A stretch of 64,000 nucleotides of DNA. Source: an uncultured Prochlorococcus sp. Its GTDB lineage: Bacteria; Cyanobacteriota; Cyanobacteriia; PCC-6307; Cyanobiaceae. This document shows, piece by piece, positions 63,189 to 64,000 of the stretch. The position numbers and the translations under genes were made by a program. Within the stretch, counting starts at the first letter, position 1. Each line of letters starts with the position of its first letter. The notes beneath the pieces were generated by a model, which did no database searches, had not been told where the DNA came from, and worked only from the letters and a program-made list of their open reading frames with translations. The stretch covers positions 117 through 64,116 of the forward strand of contig CACIYC010000003.1 in the NCBI GenBank assembly GCA_902590775.1, given 5' to 3'.

Positions 63189-63614
63189 TTATTTTTTCTT
63201 TTTCATTTCCTTCATAAATTTATTGACTTGTTTCTTAGTTTCTTTAGGCACTTTGTCAGGACAATATTCTACCGCTGCTGGTATAAGTTGATTGTTTGCA
63301 CCAAAAACTAATTCTTCTCTATTAAATACTTTATCTTTAAAGCCTTCTAGCTTTGCACCATGCCTCCCTTCTAATAAATTTACATACGTAATAGCGGCAA
63401 TAGCTGCTGCTTTAGAGAATTCAATGTCTACTTCTCTAGCAACACATATGTAAGTAGCTCCTATTGCTCTATACAGAAAAAGATCTTCTTCTTTTGCAGG
63501 CCTTTTTATACCATTTTCTTCTGCATAAACTGGATTCGTTAAAGTAGTTAAGACTAAAGGAAATAGAAGTAAGCTAAAACTAACTCTACGGAATGACAGC
63601 AGGATTTTTCTCAA
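63189..63614 (-). CDS. Secreted conserved picocyanobacterial protein with two Cys
   Basis: Signal peptide (VYA|EE), YIC..R and A..YCP.KVP pattern, basic C-terminus. Confidence 0.7.
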   Translation of the reverse strand: MRKILLSFRRVSFSLLLFPLVLTTLTNPVYAEENGIKRPAKEEDLFLYRAIGATYICVAREVDIEFSKAAAIAAITYVNLLEGRHGAKLEGFKDKVFNREELVFGANNQLIPAAVEYCPDKVPKETKKQVNKFMKEMKKKK

Positions 63615-64000
63615 AGGACTAAAAAAGCGTGGTTATTAAGAATAGGCTCAAAAATAAGCCCAATGAATTCATACTACTAGATTTACAGGCAATATTAGAA
63701 GGTTTCTTTATGAAAAAATCACTTTATTTTCGAGTCATCCAAATAAATCAATAATCAGGGTTTTTATCATTATTTGAATTCTGCACCTCGTATTTTGTAA
63801 ATATTTCATGATTTTATATGCCTTCTTCCTTGAGAAATATTGTCTTTAAAACCTTGAAAGTCAATATTTATTTAAATCCATCTACACAAGTTACAATCAA
63901 AATTTATCCTAAAATCATTGGAAATATTTATTTTTTGCTGATTGATCATTTTTGCCAATGAATTTAGAAATCATTGCTTCCATAACAAAAAAGATAAAAG

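Noticed and set aside
1-64000. tRNA/rRNA genes, CRISPR arrays, IS elements, integrases, prophage
   Set aside because: I saw no such signatures by eye and most spacers are too short. A tRNAscan-SE/Infernal run would be needed to exclude small RNAs.

Overview
AT-rich (roughly one-third GC by eye), very compact chromosomal segment from a marine picocyanobacterium, most likely a low-light Prochlorococcus. The basis is petE, psbP, ndhD, ycf51, the lysA-cdaA-uppS cluster, tiny intergenic gaps and many overlapping stop/start codons. Content is almost all core housekeeping: thrS(3' end)-glk-thrB-ndhD-prlC, proA-folB-lipase, tamB/ycf51, cocE-glgB-hemE-epimerase-petE, clpB, an atypical OmpR-type regulator, grxD-bolA, plsC/pdxJ, recC-(ICMT-family methyltransferase)-recB-recD-deaD-small Cys protein-ABC exporter, psbP/recR-lipA, lysA-cdaA-uppS-bioB-trhO-GNAT, rimI-clpC-gldA, cdsA, ABC1 kinase, malQ and prs. 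I saw no tRNA, rRNA, CRISPR array, integrase, transposase or prophage gene, and no clear-cut new multi-gene system. The best leads are: a two-state RNA leader in front of the DEAD-box helicase; a probable CUG start for recR; a non-phosphorylatable response regulator beside grxD-bolA; a probably catalytically dead BioD-like protein; a likely decayed LCP gene; a 13-bp motif shared by two promoters; and an unannotated 30-aa membrane ORF. Statements about gene order in other genomes come from memory and are flagged as inference.
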